The notes: generated by a model from the letters alone, not told the origin. DNA of 64,000 bases from Candidatus Deferrimicrobiaceae bacterium (GCA_963725055.1 CAVRXE010000004.1:809234-873233), one strand, 5' to 3'; positions 10,615-20,167 are shown, numbered from the stretch's first letter. Program-made: numbers and translations.

Positions 10615-11307
10615 ATGAAGAAACGGCTTGCGTTGGCGATGTGCGGCGTGGTCGCGCTCTCGGGGGCAGCGTTCGCCGCGGACGCCCCGGAGTTGAATGG
10701 AGACAAGGAGAAGGTCAGCTACAGCATCGGGATGGACATCGGAGGAAACCTGAGGCGGGGATCCATCGAGGTGGACCCGGACATGCTGGCGAAAGGGTTG
10801 AAGGACAGTTACATCGGCGGGAAAACACTCCTCACCGAGGATCAGGCGCGCCAGGCGATCGAGGACTTTCAGAAGACGTTGATGGCGAAGAAGGCGGAGG
10901 CGATGCAAAAGATCTCGGAGAAGAACAAGGCGGACGGGGAGAAGTTCCTCGCGGAGAACGCGAAGAAAGAGGGAGTGAAGTCCCTCCCTAGCGGTCTCCA
11001 GTACAGGGAGATCACTCCCGGCAACGGGAAAAGCCCGACGGCCGCCGACACGGTGACGACCCATTACAAGGGGACGCTGATCGACGGGACGGAGTTCGAC
11101 AGCTCCTACAAGCGCGGCGAGCCGGCGACGTTCCCGGTCTCGGGCGTGATCGCCGGCTGGACCGAGGCGCTACAGTTGATGAAGGAAGGGGCGAAGTGGG
11201 AGCTCTTCCTCCCGCCGAATCTCGCATACGGCGAGCGGGGAGCAGGCCGCGATATCGGCCCGAACGCCACACTGATCTTCGAGGTGGAGCTGATCTCGGT
11301 CAATTGA
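10615..11307 (+). CDS. FKBP-type peptidyl-prolyl isomerase (FkpA/Mip-like) with signal peptide
   Basis: SYSIGMDIG, HYKGTLIDGTEFDSS, VIAGWTEAL and IGPNATLIFEVELI; AAGGAG RBS. Confidence 0.95.
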   Translation: MKKRLALAMCGVVALSGAAFAADAPELNGDKEKVSYSIGMDIGGNLRRGSIEVDPDMLAKGLKDSYIGGKTLLTEDQARQAIEDFQKTLMAKKAEAMQKISEKNKADGEKFLAENAKKEGVKSLPSGLQYREITPGNGKSPTAADTVTTHYKGTLIDGTEFDSSYKRGEPATFPVSGVIAGWTEALQLMKEGAKWELFLPPNLAYGERGAGRDIGPNATLIFEVELISVN

Positions 11308-11335
11308 CCCGGATCGAACGCGGGAGGGGGGCGGT

Positions 11336-12529
11336 GTGAACCGCTGGTTCCGCGTCGCAGGCGGCGTCAGCATGAACCTTTGCCTGGGAGCCGCGTACGT
11401 CTACAGCGTGTTTCTCACCCCCCTCCAGCGCGAGTTCGGCTGGACGCGTTCACGGCTCTCGCTCGCGTTCACTCTCTCGATCGCCTTCATCGCCGTGGGT
11501 GTGCTGGTGGGTGGGCGGTGGCAGGACCGGCGTGGTCCCGCCGCCGTCTCCCTCGCCGGCGCGCTTCTCTTCTCCGCGGGGATCTTCCTCTCCCGCTACA
11601 CCGACTCGCTGGCATGGTTATACGCCTGCTACGGCGTCGTCGTCGGGCTGGGCAGCGGCATCGGCTACACATGTCCTCTCTCCGTCGGGATGAAGTGGTT
11701 CCCCGAGCGGCGGGGGCTGGTCACGGGAATGATGGTGATGGGATACGGCGCCGGGGGCGCGGTGATTGCCCCGCTGGCGGGATACCTGGTCCACCGCTTC
11801 GGGTGGCGCGACACTTTCGGCATCCTCGGCGCCGGATTCCTGGCGGTGACGGTGGTCGGCTCGATGTTCCTGCGGAACCCGCCGGAAGGATGGCGTCCTC
11901 CCGGAGGACCCCCTCCGGCGGCGGGGAAGGGGGCGGCGCGGGGCGGCCGGGATTTCCTCCCGCGGGAGATGGTGGGCACCGGCGCCTTCCGCCGGATGTG
12001 GGTCGCCTACGCCTTCGGCACCGCGGCGGGACTGATGGTGATCGGGCATCTCGCGGCCTTCGCGCTGGGGGCGGGGTTCTCCGCCCGCGATGCCGCCCTC
12101 TCCGTGGGAGTGCTTTCGGTGGGGAACGGGTGTGGCCGGATCGCCTCGGGGTGGATGTCGGATCACATCGGACGCGTCCGGACGCTCTTCCTGGTGATGT
12201 GTGCGACCGCCCTGCTCCTCTTCCTCGCCCCCGGGGTTTCCAGCGTCCTGCTGCTCTTTTCCGCCGTCTTTCTCATCGGCTACTGCTACGGCTCGCAGCT
12301 CGCCGTCTTCCCGTCGACGACGGCCGATTATTTCGGGATGCGAAACCTCGGGAACAACTATGGCCTCCTCCTGACGGCATGGGGGGTCGCCGGAATCATC
12401 GGCCCGATGGCGGGGGGATGGGTCTTCGACGCCACCCGCGGCTACGCCGCGGCGTTCCGGATCGCAGGCCTCCTCGCGGTCGCCGCGGCGGTGGTGGTTG
12501 CAACGGTCAGGCCGCCTCCGCGCGGGTAA
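11336..12529 (+). CDS. MFS transporter, oxalate/formate antiporter (OFA)-like
   Basis: About 12 hydrophobic segments; GRWQDRRG, KWFPERRG and GWMSDHIGR motifs. Confidence 0.9.
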   Translation: MNRWFRVAGGVSMNLCLGAAYVYSVFLTPLQREFGWTRSRLSLAFTLSIAFIAVGVLVGGRWQDRRGPAAVSLAGALLFSAGIFLSRYTDSLAWLYACYGVVVGLGSGIGYTCPLSVGMKWFPERRGLVTGMMVMGYGAGGAVIAPLAGYLVHRFGWRDTFGILGAGFLAVTVVGSMFLRNPPEGWRPPGGPPPAAGKGAARGGRDFLPREMVGTGAFRRMWVAYAFGTAAGLMVIGHLAAFALGAGFSARDAALSVGVLSVGNGCGRIASGWMSDHIGRVRTLFLVMCATALLLFLAPGVSSVLLLFSAVFLIGYCYGSQLAVFPSTTADYFGMRNLGNNYGLLLTAWGVAGIIGPMAGGWVFDATRGYAAAFRIAGLLAVAAAVVVATVRPPPRG

Positions 12530-12634
12530 TGAAGCGGAAACCGCATGGAGACCCTCTCGAACCTCCCAACCGGTGAAGGAGGGGAGGGCGGCGCGCACGT
12601 CAAATGAAACCGCGCAATGTGGAGGAGGTCCGGC

Positions 12635-12680
12635 TTGACAGTTTTTCGACATGTTGAATAGAATAAGACCGGTCGGTATC
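12635..12680 (+). promoter_or_regulatory. Sigma70 promoter with a TetR-type operator
   Basis: TTGACA-N18-TAGAAT followed by the quasi-palindrome GACCGGTCGGTAT (12667-12679), upstream of an operon ending in tetR. Confidence 0.65.
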
Positions 12681-12729
12681 CTTCAAGGCGGCCGATGTGG
12701 TCGAAACCACGGGATACCCAGGAGGAACG

Positions 12730-13266
12730 ATGGAACCCCTTTTCCGAATCGTCTTACCGGTGCTTGAGACGACGCCGCAACGGTGGATCCAGCTGGCGGA
12801 AAAGTTGACGACCGAGCTGTTTCAAAGGAGTCCGGCGCCGAAGGAGTGGTCGGCCTACGACTGTCTGCGGCACATCGTGGACACGGAGAGATCGGTGTTC
12901 CCCCAGCGGGTCGGTTATCTGTTGCGTGGAGAGGATTTCCCCGCGTATCAGCCGGGGAAAGAAGCGAAGGACCAGAAACGAAATCCGGCCCCGCTCGAAT
13001 TGGCTGCGGAATTCGCCCGCCTGCGGGCGGGGAGTCTGGTGCTCTTGTCGAAGGTCGGAGAAGCCGACCTGAATCGCACGGCGCGGCACCAGGAACTGGG
13101 AATGGTCACCCTCGGCGAGATGATCCACCAGTGGGCGGGGCACGACCTGATGCACACGGTCCAGGGCGAGAGGGCGATCCTGCAGCCGTTCATCGACGGT
13201 TGCGGCCCGTGGAAACGGTATTTTTCGGACCATATCGTCCCGCTTTCGCCGCAAGGGTTACGGTGA
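12730..13266 (+). CDS. DinB family protein
   Basis: EWSAYDCLRHIVDTE and WAGHDLMH metal-binding His motifs; GGAGG RBS. Confidence 0.85.
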   Translation: MEPLFRIVLPVLETTPQRWIQLAEKLTTELFQRSPAPKEWSAYDCLRHIVDTERSVFPQRVGYLLRGEDFPAYQPGKEAKDQKRNPAPLELAAEFARLRAGSLVLLSKVGEADLNRTARHQELGMVTLGEMIHQWAGHDLMHTVQGERAILQPFIDGCGPWKRYFSDHIVPLSPQGLR

Positions 13267-14093
13267 CGGAGATGAACTATCTGCTGGGGATCATCGGTTC
13301 CCCCCGGAAGATGGGGAATTGCGAGTTGATCGTGAAGGAGATCGCCGCCGCGATCCCCGGGCCGCCGAAGCTCTCGATGGTGCGCCTCGTCGAAAAGGAC
13401 ATCCGTCCCTGCAAGGCGTGTTACCGCTGCCTGGCGGGGGATTGCCCCCACCAGGACGATTTTTCCGGAGTCCTCCGCGCGATCATGGAAGCGGACGCCG
13501 TGATCGTTGCCGCCCCCGCGTACCTCCGGGGCACCCACTCCTGCATTCAGCGTTTTCTGGACCGCGGCCTCCAGGCGTACCGGCACGTGGATGCCCTGTA
13601 CGGAAAACCGGCCGTCGCTGTCGCCACAGCAGGCGTCGAGGACGGCGAAGGGGCCGCGCTGCTGGGGATCGAAAACTTCATCCGTCAGCTGGGGTTATCC
13701 CTGAAAGGGAGAGCCGTCGTGCGCGCCACCTTTCCCGGAGACGCGATCATTTCCGGGGAGGGCAGGAGCATCGCGCGCCGGTTGTCCGCCGCGCTCGTTT
13801 CGCCGGACGACTACGCACCCGAAGGGGTTTCGTGTCCGGAATGCAAGGGGACGTACTTCGAATTCCGCGGAGAGGACGCCATGTACTGCCTCTCGTGCGG
13901 GGGCACCGGAACATTCACCGTGGACGGCGGGAAAGTCCGCCCGGTGATCGGTCCCCCCGCCCACTCCTGGCGGACGAAGGAGGACATGGCGTCGCACGGG
14001 AAGTGGCTGATCGGCCAGCGGGAAGAGTTCCTTCGTCAGAGGGAACGGCTGAAGGACGCGGTGAAAACGTACCTTGGGGGGGAGTTCATCTGA
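13263..14093 (+). CDS. Flavodoxin-like / iron-sulfur flavoprotein family protein
   Basis: GIIGSPRKMGN, CKACYRC..CP, ADAVIVAAPAY; C-terminal CPEC..CLSC. Confidence 0.85.
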   Translation: MTEMNYLLGIIGSPRKMGNCELIVKEIAAAIPGPPKLSMVRLVEKDIRPCKACYRCLAGDCPHQDDFSGVLRAIMEADAVIVAAPAYLRGTHSCIQRFLDRGLQAYRHVDALYGKPAVAVATAGVEDGEGAALLGIENFIRQLGLSLKGRAVVRATFPGDAIISGEGRSIARRLSAALVSPDDYAPEGVSCPECKGTYFEFRGEDAMYCLSCGGTGTFTVDGGKVRPVIGPPAHSWRTKEDMASHGKWLIGQREEFLRQRERLKDAVKTYLGGEFI

Positions 14094-14689
14094 TGCGGAA
14101 AGACGGCAGGGAGACCCGCCGGAACGTCATCGAGAAGTCGCTGCAGATCTTCTCGGTGAAGGGGTACTACAATGCCTCCATCGGCGACATCATGGTCGCG
14201 ACCGGGCTGACGAAGGGAGGGCTCTACGCCCACTTCGACAGCAAGGAGGCGCTCTGGAACGCGGCGTACGGGAGGGCAGTCGAGGTCTGGAGGGGAATCG
14301 TCTTCAAGGGGGTACGGAAGGTATCCGACCCGCTGGACAGGATCGCGAAAACGATCGAGAACGACCTGCGCGACTACTGCTGCGGGGAGGTGTTCGAGGG
14401 CGGTTGCTTCTTCTTCAACAGCCTCGTCGAGCTCTCGGGCCAATCCCCCGCGATGAGCGCGAGGATCGTCGAGGGATTCATGCAGTTCGCGGACCTTCTG
14501 GCTTCCTGGCTGGAAGAGGCGAAGTCCGAAGGCAAGCTGAAGCCCGGTGTGAGGATCAGGGAGGTCGCCGATTTCATCGTCACCTCCATCAACGGCGCGG
14601 CCGCGTTGTACGTCGCGACCCGGAACAACCGGTTCCCCCGGGCGATCGAGCGGCAGCTGAACGCCTATATCCAGACGCTGAGGGCATAA
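14093..14689 (+). CDS. TetR/AcrR family regulator
   Basis: FSVKGYYNASIGDIMVATGLTKGGLYAHFDSKE HTH; GGCFF motif. Confidence 0.93.
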   Translation: MRKDGRETRRNVIEKSLQIFSVKGYYNASIGDIMVATGLTKGGLYAHFDSKEALWNAAYGRAVEVWRGIVFKGVRKVSDPLDRIAKTIENDLRDYCCGEVFEGGCFFFNSLVELSGQSPAMSARIVEGFMQFADLLASWLEEAKSEGKLKPGVRIREVADFIVTSINGAAALYVATRNNRFPRAIERQLNAYIQTLRA

Positions 14690-14813
14690 AGAAGGGAAAC
14701 CGGGGACCCCTACTAAGGGTTCCGGTGTCTTTATTATACCGATCAGTCGAATACTTATCGATGGGGGCCTTCCCCGGTGTGGGCGAAGGAGCGGCATGAG
14801 GAGGGGAGAAGCG

Positions 14814-15023
14814 ATGGCGAAGGTCGTCTACGAAAAGCGGGACCGGATCGGGTACGTCACATTGAACAGGCCGGAGGCGATCCGGTCCGCGAAGGAGACG
14901 ATCCTCGAAGTCATCGGGCGCCCGCTGGACGACGCGTTGAGGCTGGAAACCGTCAACGGATATTCGAGCGTCGGGGATTTCCGCGAGGTCGCGGAGAGGC
15001 TGCAGAAGTTCATCCGGAAATAA
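14814..15023 (+). pseudogene. Enoyl-CoA hydratase-like gene with a large in-frame internal deletion (69 aa)
   Basis: Crotonase-type N-terminus MAKVVYEKRDRIGYVTLNRPEA joined directly to a C-terminal-like helix IRSAKETILEVIGRPLDDALRLE; GAGGAGG RBS. Confidence 0.7.
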
Positions 15024-15148
15024 CGCCCGTGCGTGCACATGGCCAAGGTACGACGGAAATCGCGCCCGTTCCCCGCAGAGAAAGGAACGAACAGGGAGTA
15101 CCCCATTCCCCTGATTGGTGGTATGAAGGGGAAAGGGGAGGAATCGGC

Positions 15149-16213
15149 ATGGAGGCACCCGCATCGGGCGTTCCGGAGAAATCGGCTCGCAATTACTGGA
15201 TCGCGGTGCCGTTCGTCGCGGCGTGGATTCTTTCCGCCATGTCCTGGCTCGGGATCTGCTCCGATGGATGCGAGGAAACGCACCTGTACCGTATTTTCGG
15301 ATTCCCGCTTCCCCCTCTCGGGGTCGGATATTTCACATTGTGCGGCCTCGCTTTTCTCGCAAGGAACCGGTTCCGGTTCTCCGGTTTCCTAATTCCCGTT
15401 CTTCTCTCCGGCGCACTCGGCTCGGAATTCGTCCTCGTCTGGATTCAGAAGTATGTTATTGGAAAGTGGTGCCAGCTGTGCGTCGGAATCGCCCTCTCGG
15501 TCGTAGCGGCGTGCGTGCTGATCGCCCTGGAACGATTGCCCGGGATCGCAATCCGGATTCGTGGCGGAGAAAGGAATCTCGTGATGAAACGGCTCGCAGG
15601 CAAGTCTGTATTGATTCTCTTTGCTTTCCTCGCCGGCATGGGCATAACCGCGATGGGCCTGCAGAAGCCCGACGCGTTTGCGGCCAGCCTGTCGGTGAAG
15701 TCCCTCGCCTTCGGGAATGCGGAAAGCAGCACGGAGGTCTACATCATCACCGACTGGTTCTGCCCCGCGTGCCGCGCCGCCGAGCCGGAGATTCTTAAGG
15801 GCGCCCGAAAAGCCATGCAGCAGGCCAAGGTGGTTTTTGTGGATTACCCGATCCACCCGGAAACCTTCAACTATATTCCGTACAACTTGTCCTTCATCGT
15901 CCGGGAGAAGGAGAAATATCTACAGATCCGTGAAGCCATGGCGTCCCTTGCGCGGAAAACCAAGGAGCCTCTGCCGGAGGATGTCCAGGGGGCGGTTTCC
16001 CCCCTCGGCGTGAAGTATGTCCCGTTGAATTACGCGGACGTCGTGGCCGGAATGCAGTATTTCAACACCCTCATCAATAAGTTCAAGGTGGCGGGTACCC
16101 CTTCCGTTGTCGTGCTGGAATCGCGTACCGGGAAGACGAAGACCTTGTACGGCATTTCGGACATCACTTCGGAGAACATCCTGAAAACCGTCGCGGAGGT
16201 TTCGGGCAGGTAG
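15149..16213 (+). CDS. VKOR-like membrane domain fused to a DsbA/thioredoxin-fold domain
   Basis: CSDGC and WCQLC in the TM region; TDWFCPAC and GTP (cis-Pro loop) in the C-terminal domain. Confidence 0.75.
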   Translation: MEAPASGVPEKSARNYWIAVPFVAAWILSAMSWLGICSDGCEETHLYRIFGFPLPPLGVGYFTLCGLAFLARNRFRFSGFLIPVLLSGALGSEFVLVWIQKYVIGKWCQLCVGIALSVVAACVLIALERLPGIAIRIRGGERNLVMKRLAGKSVLILFAFLAGMGITAMGLQKPDAFAASLSVKSLAFGNAESSTEVYIITDWFCPACRAAEPEILKGARKAMQQAKVVFVDYPIHPETFNYIPYNLSFIVREKEKYLQIREAMASLARKTKEPLPEDVQGAVSPLGVKYVPLNYADVVAGMQYFNTLINKFKVAGTPSVVVLESRTGKTKTLYGISDITSENILKTVAEVSGR

Positions 16214-16243
16214 CGGCGCCGGTCGGGCAACCCCCATTTCCCA

Positions 16244-16459
16244 GAGGAGCGTCCGTACCGGAACGGGGCAGGGAGGGAAGAAACGATCGGGATCCTGCGG
16301 GATTTCGCGTCGAACGAGTCGCTGGACCCGCGGATCGTCTCCGTCCTGATCGACGAGTTCGACCCGATCCGCAAGGGACGGACGGAGGCGGAAGAAGCGT
16401 TCACGGAGGAGTTTTCCCGCTGCGCCGAGGGCGGGGGCGACGGTCTCAAGAGGGTATGA
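16244..16459 (+). pseudogene. C-terminal remnant of an HD-GYP domain protein
   Basis: Start-less frame EERPYRNGAGREETIGILRDFASNESLDPRIVSVL matches the RPYR..LDP tail of HD-GYP proteins. Confidence 0.6.
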
Positions 16460-16488
16460 TCTCCCAACGGGGAACCGCGGCGTGCCGC

Positions 16489-18744
16489 TTATGCGGCGGG
16501 TAGCCCTTCCCCGCATCCCAGCAGGGAATCCAGGCTCTCCTTCAGGGAATGGATCGTGTAAGGCTTGTTCAGGAATGTGGTAAAGCCGTAGGACCGGTAA
16601 TCCGAGACCACCGGGTTGTCGGAGTAACCGGTGGACACGATCGCGGTCACGTCCGGATCGATCTCGCGGAGTTTGCCGATGGCTTCCTCTCCTCCCATGC
16701 CTCCCCGGATCGTCAGGTCGAGGATCACGATGTCGAACGGCGTTCCGGCCCTCCTGGCCTGTCGGAACTTCTCGATGGCTGCCTCTCCGTTTTCCGCGCA
16801 CTCCGCCTCGTGGCCGAGGGCGTCTATCAATCCCATGGCGACGTCCCTCACCAGCTCCTCGTCGTCCATTACGAGGATCCTGCCTTTCCGGCCTGGAGCG
16901 GCAGCACCGGCTGGGGTTTCCTTCGCAATTTCCTCCCCGGCTCCACTCGCCGGCAGATAAATGGAGAAGGTGCTCCCCTTTCCCGTTTCGGACTTCACGT
17001 CGATCGTGCCGCCGTGGTTCCTTACGATCGAAAATGACGTCGCCAGGCCGAGGCCACTCCCCTTCGGTTTCGTCGTGAAGTAGGGCTCGAAAATCTTCGA
17101 CAGATGCCGCTCGGAGATCCCCGTGCCCGAGTCCCTGATGGCGATCCGGACGAATTCCCCACCCTCCGGCAGCAATGGATTGTCGCCCGGGGGGAGGTCC
17201 ACGTTTCCGGCGGAGATCTCCACGGTCCCCCCCTCCGGCATCGCCTCGCGGGAGTTGATCACGATGTTCTGGATCACCTGGCCGATCTGGCCCTGGTCGG
17301 CCTCCACCTGCCACAGATCCTTGGCGACGGTGATCCGGCAGTCGGATCGGGACCCGCTCATGGCGAAATCCACGGAATTCTCGATCACCGCCCGAAGTGC
17401 GACCCTCCTCTTCACCGGCTTTCCGCCCATGGAGAACGTCAACAACTGGCCTGTCAGGCTGACCGCGTTGTTGAGCGCCATTTCGGCCTTCCCGAGAACG
17501 GCGAGCGTCTTTTCCCTGTCGTCGACGCTGATCCTGGCCATCGATATGTAACCGAACACGCCCTGGAGGAGATTGTTGAAATCGTGGGCGATCCCCCCGG
17601 CGAGCAAGCCGACGGATTCGAGCTTGCGCAGCTTCTGCAGCTCCTCTTCGAGCTCCTTGATCTTCGTGATGTCCTTCGCCACGCAGACGATCCCCGTGAC
17701 GTTGTGCTTGCCGGCCATCGTGGAACCGGAAAACAGCATGGAGAGGCGACGGCCGTCTTTCGTCCGGTACTCCGTTTCCAGGTTGCCGATGAACCCTTTC
17801 GCGAGGATCTCGTCCATGATCCTTCCGCATTTTACCGGGCCGTCCTCCATGACGATTTCGATCGGCTGGCCCGCGAGCTCCTTTTCTTCATAGCCCAACA
17901 GGGCGAGGGCGGCGGAATTGGCCAGCAGGATCTTGCGGTCCCCCGAGACGACGATGAGGGTGTCGATCATGCTGTCGATGATCTTGTCCATGTATTCCTT
18001 GGAGACGGTCGCCTTCTCCAGGTTTCCGAGCATCTGGTTGAAGCTGTCGACCAGTGATCGGATCTCCCCCGAGGTTTCCACGTTCACGCGGACGGAGAGA
18101 TCCCCGCTTCCAAGGGTGGACGTCGCGCGGGCCAGCTCCGCGATGGGGTCCAGCACGATTTTCTTCGAGGCGATGAACAGCACGACTCCCAGCACAAGCG
18201 CGACGACCAGGTTGATGGCGACGACGAACAGGATGGACTTTTCGATCTGCTGGCGGATCCTGTAATCCGAGATGCCGATGGTGATTTTTCCGATGGGCAT
18301 GAAGTCGAACATGATGGGGACCGAGATCTCGCTGATGGATTCCTTCTTCTTGATCGCCTCGACGATTTCCGGAAGCTCGATATCCCTCGGCAATCCCGAA
18401 AGGATCGCGGTGAACCGGGGGGACCGGTAGTTGATGCTGGCGTATTGGGAGGTAAGGATGTGGTCCTGCTCGTCAAGGATCAGCGTGTAGACGATTTCTT
18501 CCTTGGTCGCCTCGTTCACGATGGCGTCCAGCTGGATGCCATCCTTCATGACCAGGGCGTCCTTGCTGAGCTTGGCGATAAACGACGCGAGGCTTTGCCC
18601 GTTGGCCGCCTGGGCATTCTTGAGCGCCATTCCTTCGTTCCATGCGATGACGCTGCTCAATACGATGGTGCTGATGATGAGGGCAAACGATATGACGCAC
18701 AGCATCCGGAAACGGATGTTCGCCTTGGTCTCTCTATTGGGCAT
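16489..18744 (-). CDS. Hybrid sensor histidine kinase (2TM-HAMP-PAS-HisKA-HATPase-REC)
   Basis: LAGGIAHDFNNLL H-box; FEPYFTTK..GSGLGL; ILVMDDE..ILDLT receiver domain. Confidence 0.95.
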   Translation of the reverse strand: MPNRETKANIRFRMLCVISFALIISTIVLSSVIAWNEGMALKNAQAANGQSLASFIAKLSKDALVMKDGIQLDAIVNEATKEEIVYTLILDEQDHILTSQYASINYRSPRFTAILSGLPRDIELPEIVEAIKKKESISEISVPIMFDFMPIGKITIGISDYRIRQQIEKSILFVVAINLVVALVLGVVLFIASKKIVLDPIAELARATSTLGSGDLSVRVNVETSGEIRSLVDSFNQMLGNLEKATVSKEYMDKIIDSMIDTLIVVSGDRKILLANSAALALLGYEEKELAGQPIEIVMEDGPVKCGRIMDEILAKGFIGNLETEYRTKDGRRLSMLFSGSTMAGKHNVTGIVCVAKDITKIKELEEELQKLRKLESVGLLAGGIAHDFNNLLQGVFGYISMARISVDDREKTLAVLGKAEMALNNAVSLTGQLLTFSMGGKPVKRRVALRAVIENSVDFAMSGSRSDCRITVAKDLWQVEADQGQIGQVIQNIVINSREAMPEGGTVEISAGNVDLPPGDNPLLPEGGEFVRIAIRDSGTGISERHLSKIFEPYFTTKPKGSGLGLATSFSIVRNHGGTIDVKSETGKGSTFSIYLPASGAGEEIAKETPAGAAAPGRKGRILVMDDEELVRDVAMGLIDALGHEAECAENGEAAIEKFRQARRAGTPFDIVILDLTIRGGMGGEEAIGKLREIDPDVTAIVSTGYSDNPVVSDYRSYGFTTFLNKPYTIHSLKESLDSLLGCGEGLPAA

Positions 18745-18778
18745 ATTGCCTCGATCCCCGGTCAGGTGTCCACAGCGG

Positions 18779-19741
18779 CTAATGTACTTTCCGGGTAACC
18801 TTTTTCATGAATTCCTCCGGGATCCGGAACTGTCCCGCCCTGGATGTCTCCATGTTGATCATCACGTACTGTTCCTTGGGGGATTCGATGGGAATCAATG
18901 AGGGCTTGGCGCCTTTCAGGATCCGCACCGCTTTTTCCCCCACCAGGCGGCCGTTTTGATAGGAATTCGAGCACACGCCAAGAAGAACCCCCTTCGTCAC
19001 CAGGTCGTCCAGATGGGTGATCGTGACGACGTTCGCCTTCGTCGCCATTTCCACGATCGTGGAAAGCTGGCTGTCCACGAGATTGCTCCCGGTAACATAC
19101 AGGGCGTCACACGTCCGTACGACTTCCGGCAGGATCTGGCGGATCTCTTCCTTTTTCGTCAGGGGGACCGGGATGATCCGGATGCCGTAGATGTGCTGGA
19201 TTTCCCGCAGATCCTTGAGTTGCGTCTCGGAGTTCTTTTCGCCGGGACTGTAGAGGACGGCCAGTCTCCCGACCTTCCGGAACTCCATCAGCCTGTCGAT
19301 GACGTTCGCCATGGAGAACATCGTGGACGCGCCCGTGGTGTTGTTGCCCGAACTCTTCCAGTCTCTGGCGATCCCGGCCTCCACCGGGTTGTAGACCACC
19401 CCGAAAACGATCGGCACGTCCTTGATCTCCCTGGCGACGGGGATGGTCATCGAGGTGCCCAAGGTGATGATCAGGTCCATCTTTTCCGCCGTATATTTCT
19501 TCACCAGCTCCGCCGCCCTTGCCTTGTTCGCGCCGGCATTCTCTACGACGAGCCTTGTATTCGGCTCCGAAAAACCCTCTTCCTTCAATCTGTCCGTGAT
19601 CCCGGTCATGGCTTCGTTGTAGCGGAGCTCCTCGCTGAACATGAGGATCCCGATTTTTCTCTCCGCCAGCGCCTCCAGGGAAAAGGAAACGGCGGACAGG
19701 AGTACCGCGGCAACGACGAGGAACCGTTTGCCCGGGCGCAT
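18779..19741 (-). CDS. ABC-type substrate-binding protein (ABC_sub_bind-like)
   Basis: Signal peptide; DLIITLGT, PIVFGVVYNPVEAG, NTTG and ILKGAKPSLIPIE motifs. Confidence 0.88.
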   Translation of the reverse strand: MRPGKRFLVVAAVLLSAVSFSLEALAERKIGILMFSEELRYNEAMTGITDRLKEEGFSEPNTRLVVENAGANKARAAELVKKYTAEKMDLIITLGTSMTIPVAREIKDVPIVFGVVYNPVEAGIARDWKSSGNNTTGASTMFSMANVIDRLMEFRKVGRLAVLYSPGEKNSETQLKDLREIQHIYGIRIIPVPLTKKEEIRQILPEVVRTCDALYVTGSNLVDSQLSTIVEMATKANVVTITHLDDLVTKGVLLGVCSNSYQNGRLVGEKAVRILKGAKPSLIPIESPKEQYVMINMETSRAGQFRIPEEFMKKVTRKVH

Positions 19742-19773
19742 CGTTCACCCCCCCATTGATTTCCTGTGGATTT

Positions 19774-19801
19774 TTATCGGTCACGGAAGTCGCAAACTTT
19801 A
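19774..19801 (-). promoter_or_regulatory. Sigma28 (FliA)-like promoter of the binding-protein/kinase pair
   Basis: Minus strand reads TAAAGTTT-N12-ACCGATAA; consensus is TAAAGTTT-N11-GCCGATAA. Confidence 0.5.
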
Positions 19802-20040
19802 TTGATTAATAGGGGACATTTGTATCTAATCGGGTTCCGTGCGCAGGGTCTTCTGCACATTTTACTGCACAGTCCGAGAAGTGATTCCACACTCACAGTG
19901 TACGAGATGAGTGGAGATGGGTTTGGCAGGGGGGACAGAATGCATAAATATTAAATATGGATTGAATTTTTTGAAAAAATATCCGATAAGAAATATGTAA
20001 GGCATGAATAGAAAACATCTCGGGGAAGGAGGAAGTCATT

Positions 20041-20124
20041 ATGTTGTATCTCATTGCGGCAATTCTATTGATCATCGCTGTGGAATTGGGGATGATATTT
20101 AATAGGTTGCCCCAAAAAAAATGA
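20041..20124 (+). CDS. 27-aa single-TM microprotein MLYLIAAILLIIAVELGMIFNRLPQKK
   Basis: AAGGAGG RBS at 20026-20032; hydrophobic helix plus basic tail; terminator downstream; below the ORF-track cutoff. Confidence 0.6.
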   Translation: MLYLIAAILLIIAVELGMIFNRLPQKK

Positions 20125-20167
20125 TTGTGGAAAATGTTTGACCTCGCACCATAGCCATGAATTAAAT

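Noticed and set aside
12617-12640. Possible duplicate of the tRNA-Leu 3' end (att site)
   Set aside because: Only GGAGGAGG..CTTGA is shared, which is too weak and overlaps a promoter
14777-15148. N-terminal extension of the VKOR-DsbA ORF
   Set aside because: It overlaps the hydratase remnant in another frame; RBS and ATG at 15149 fit better
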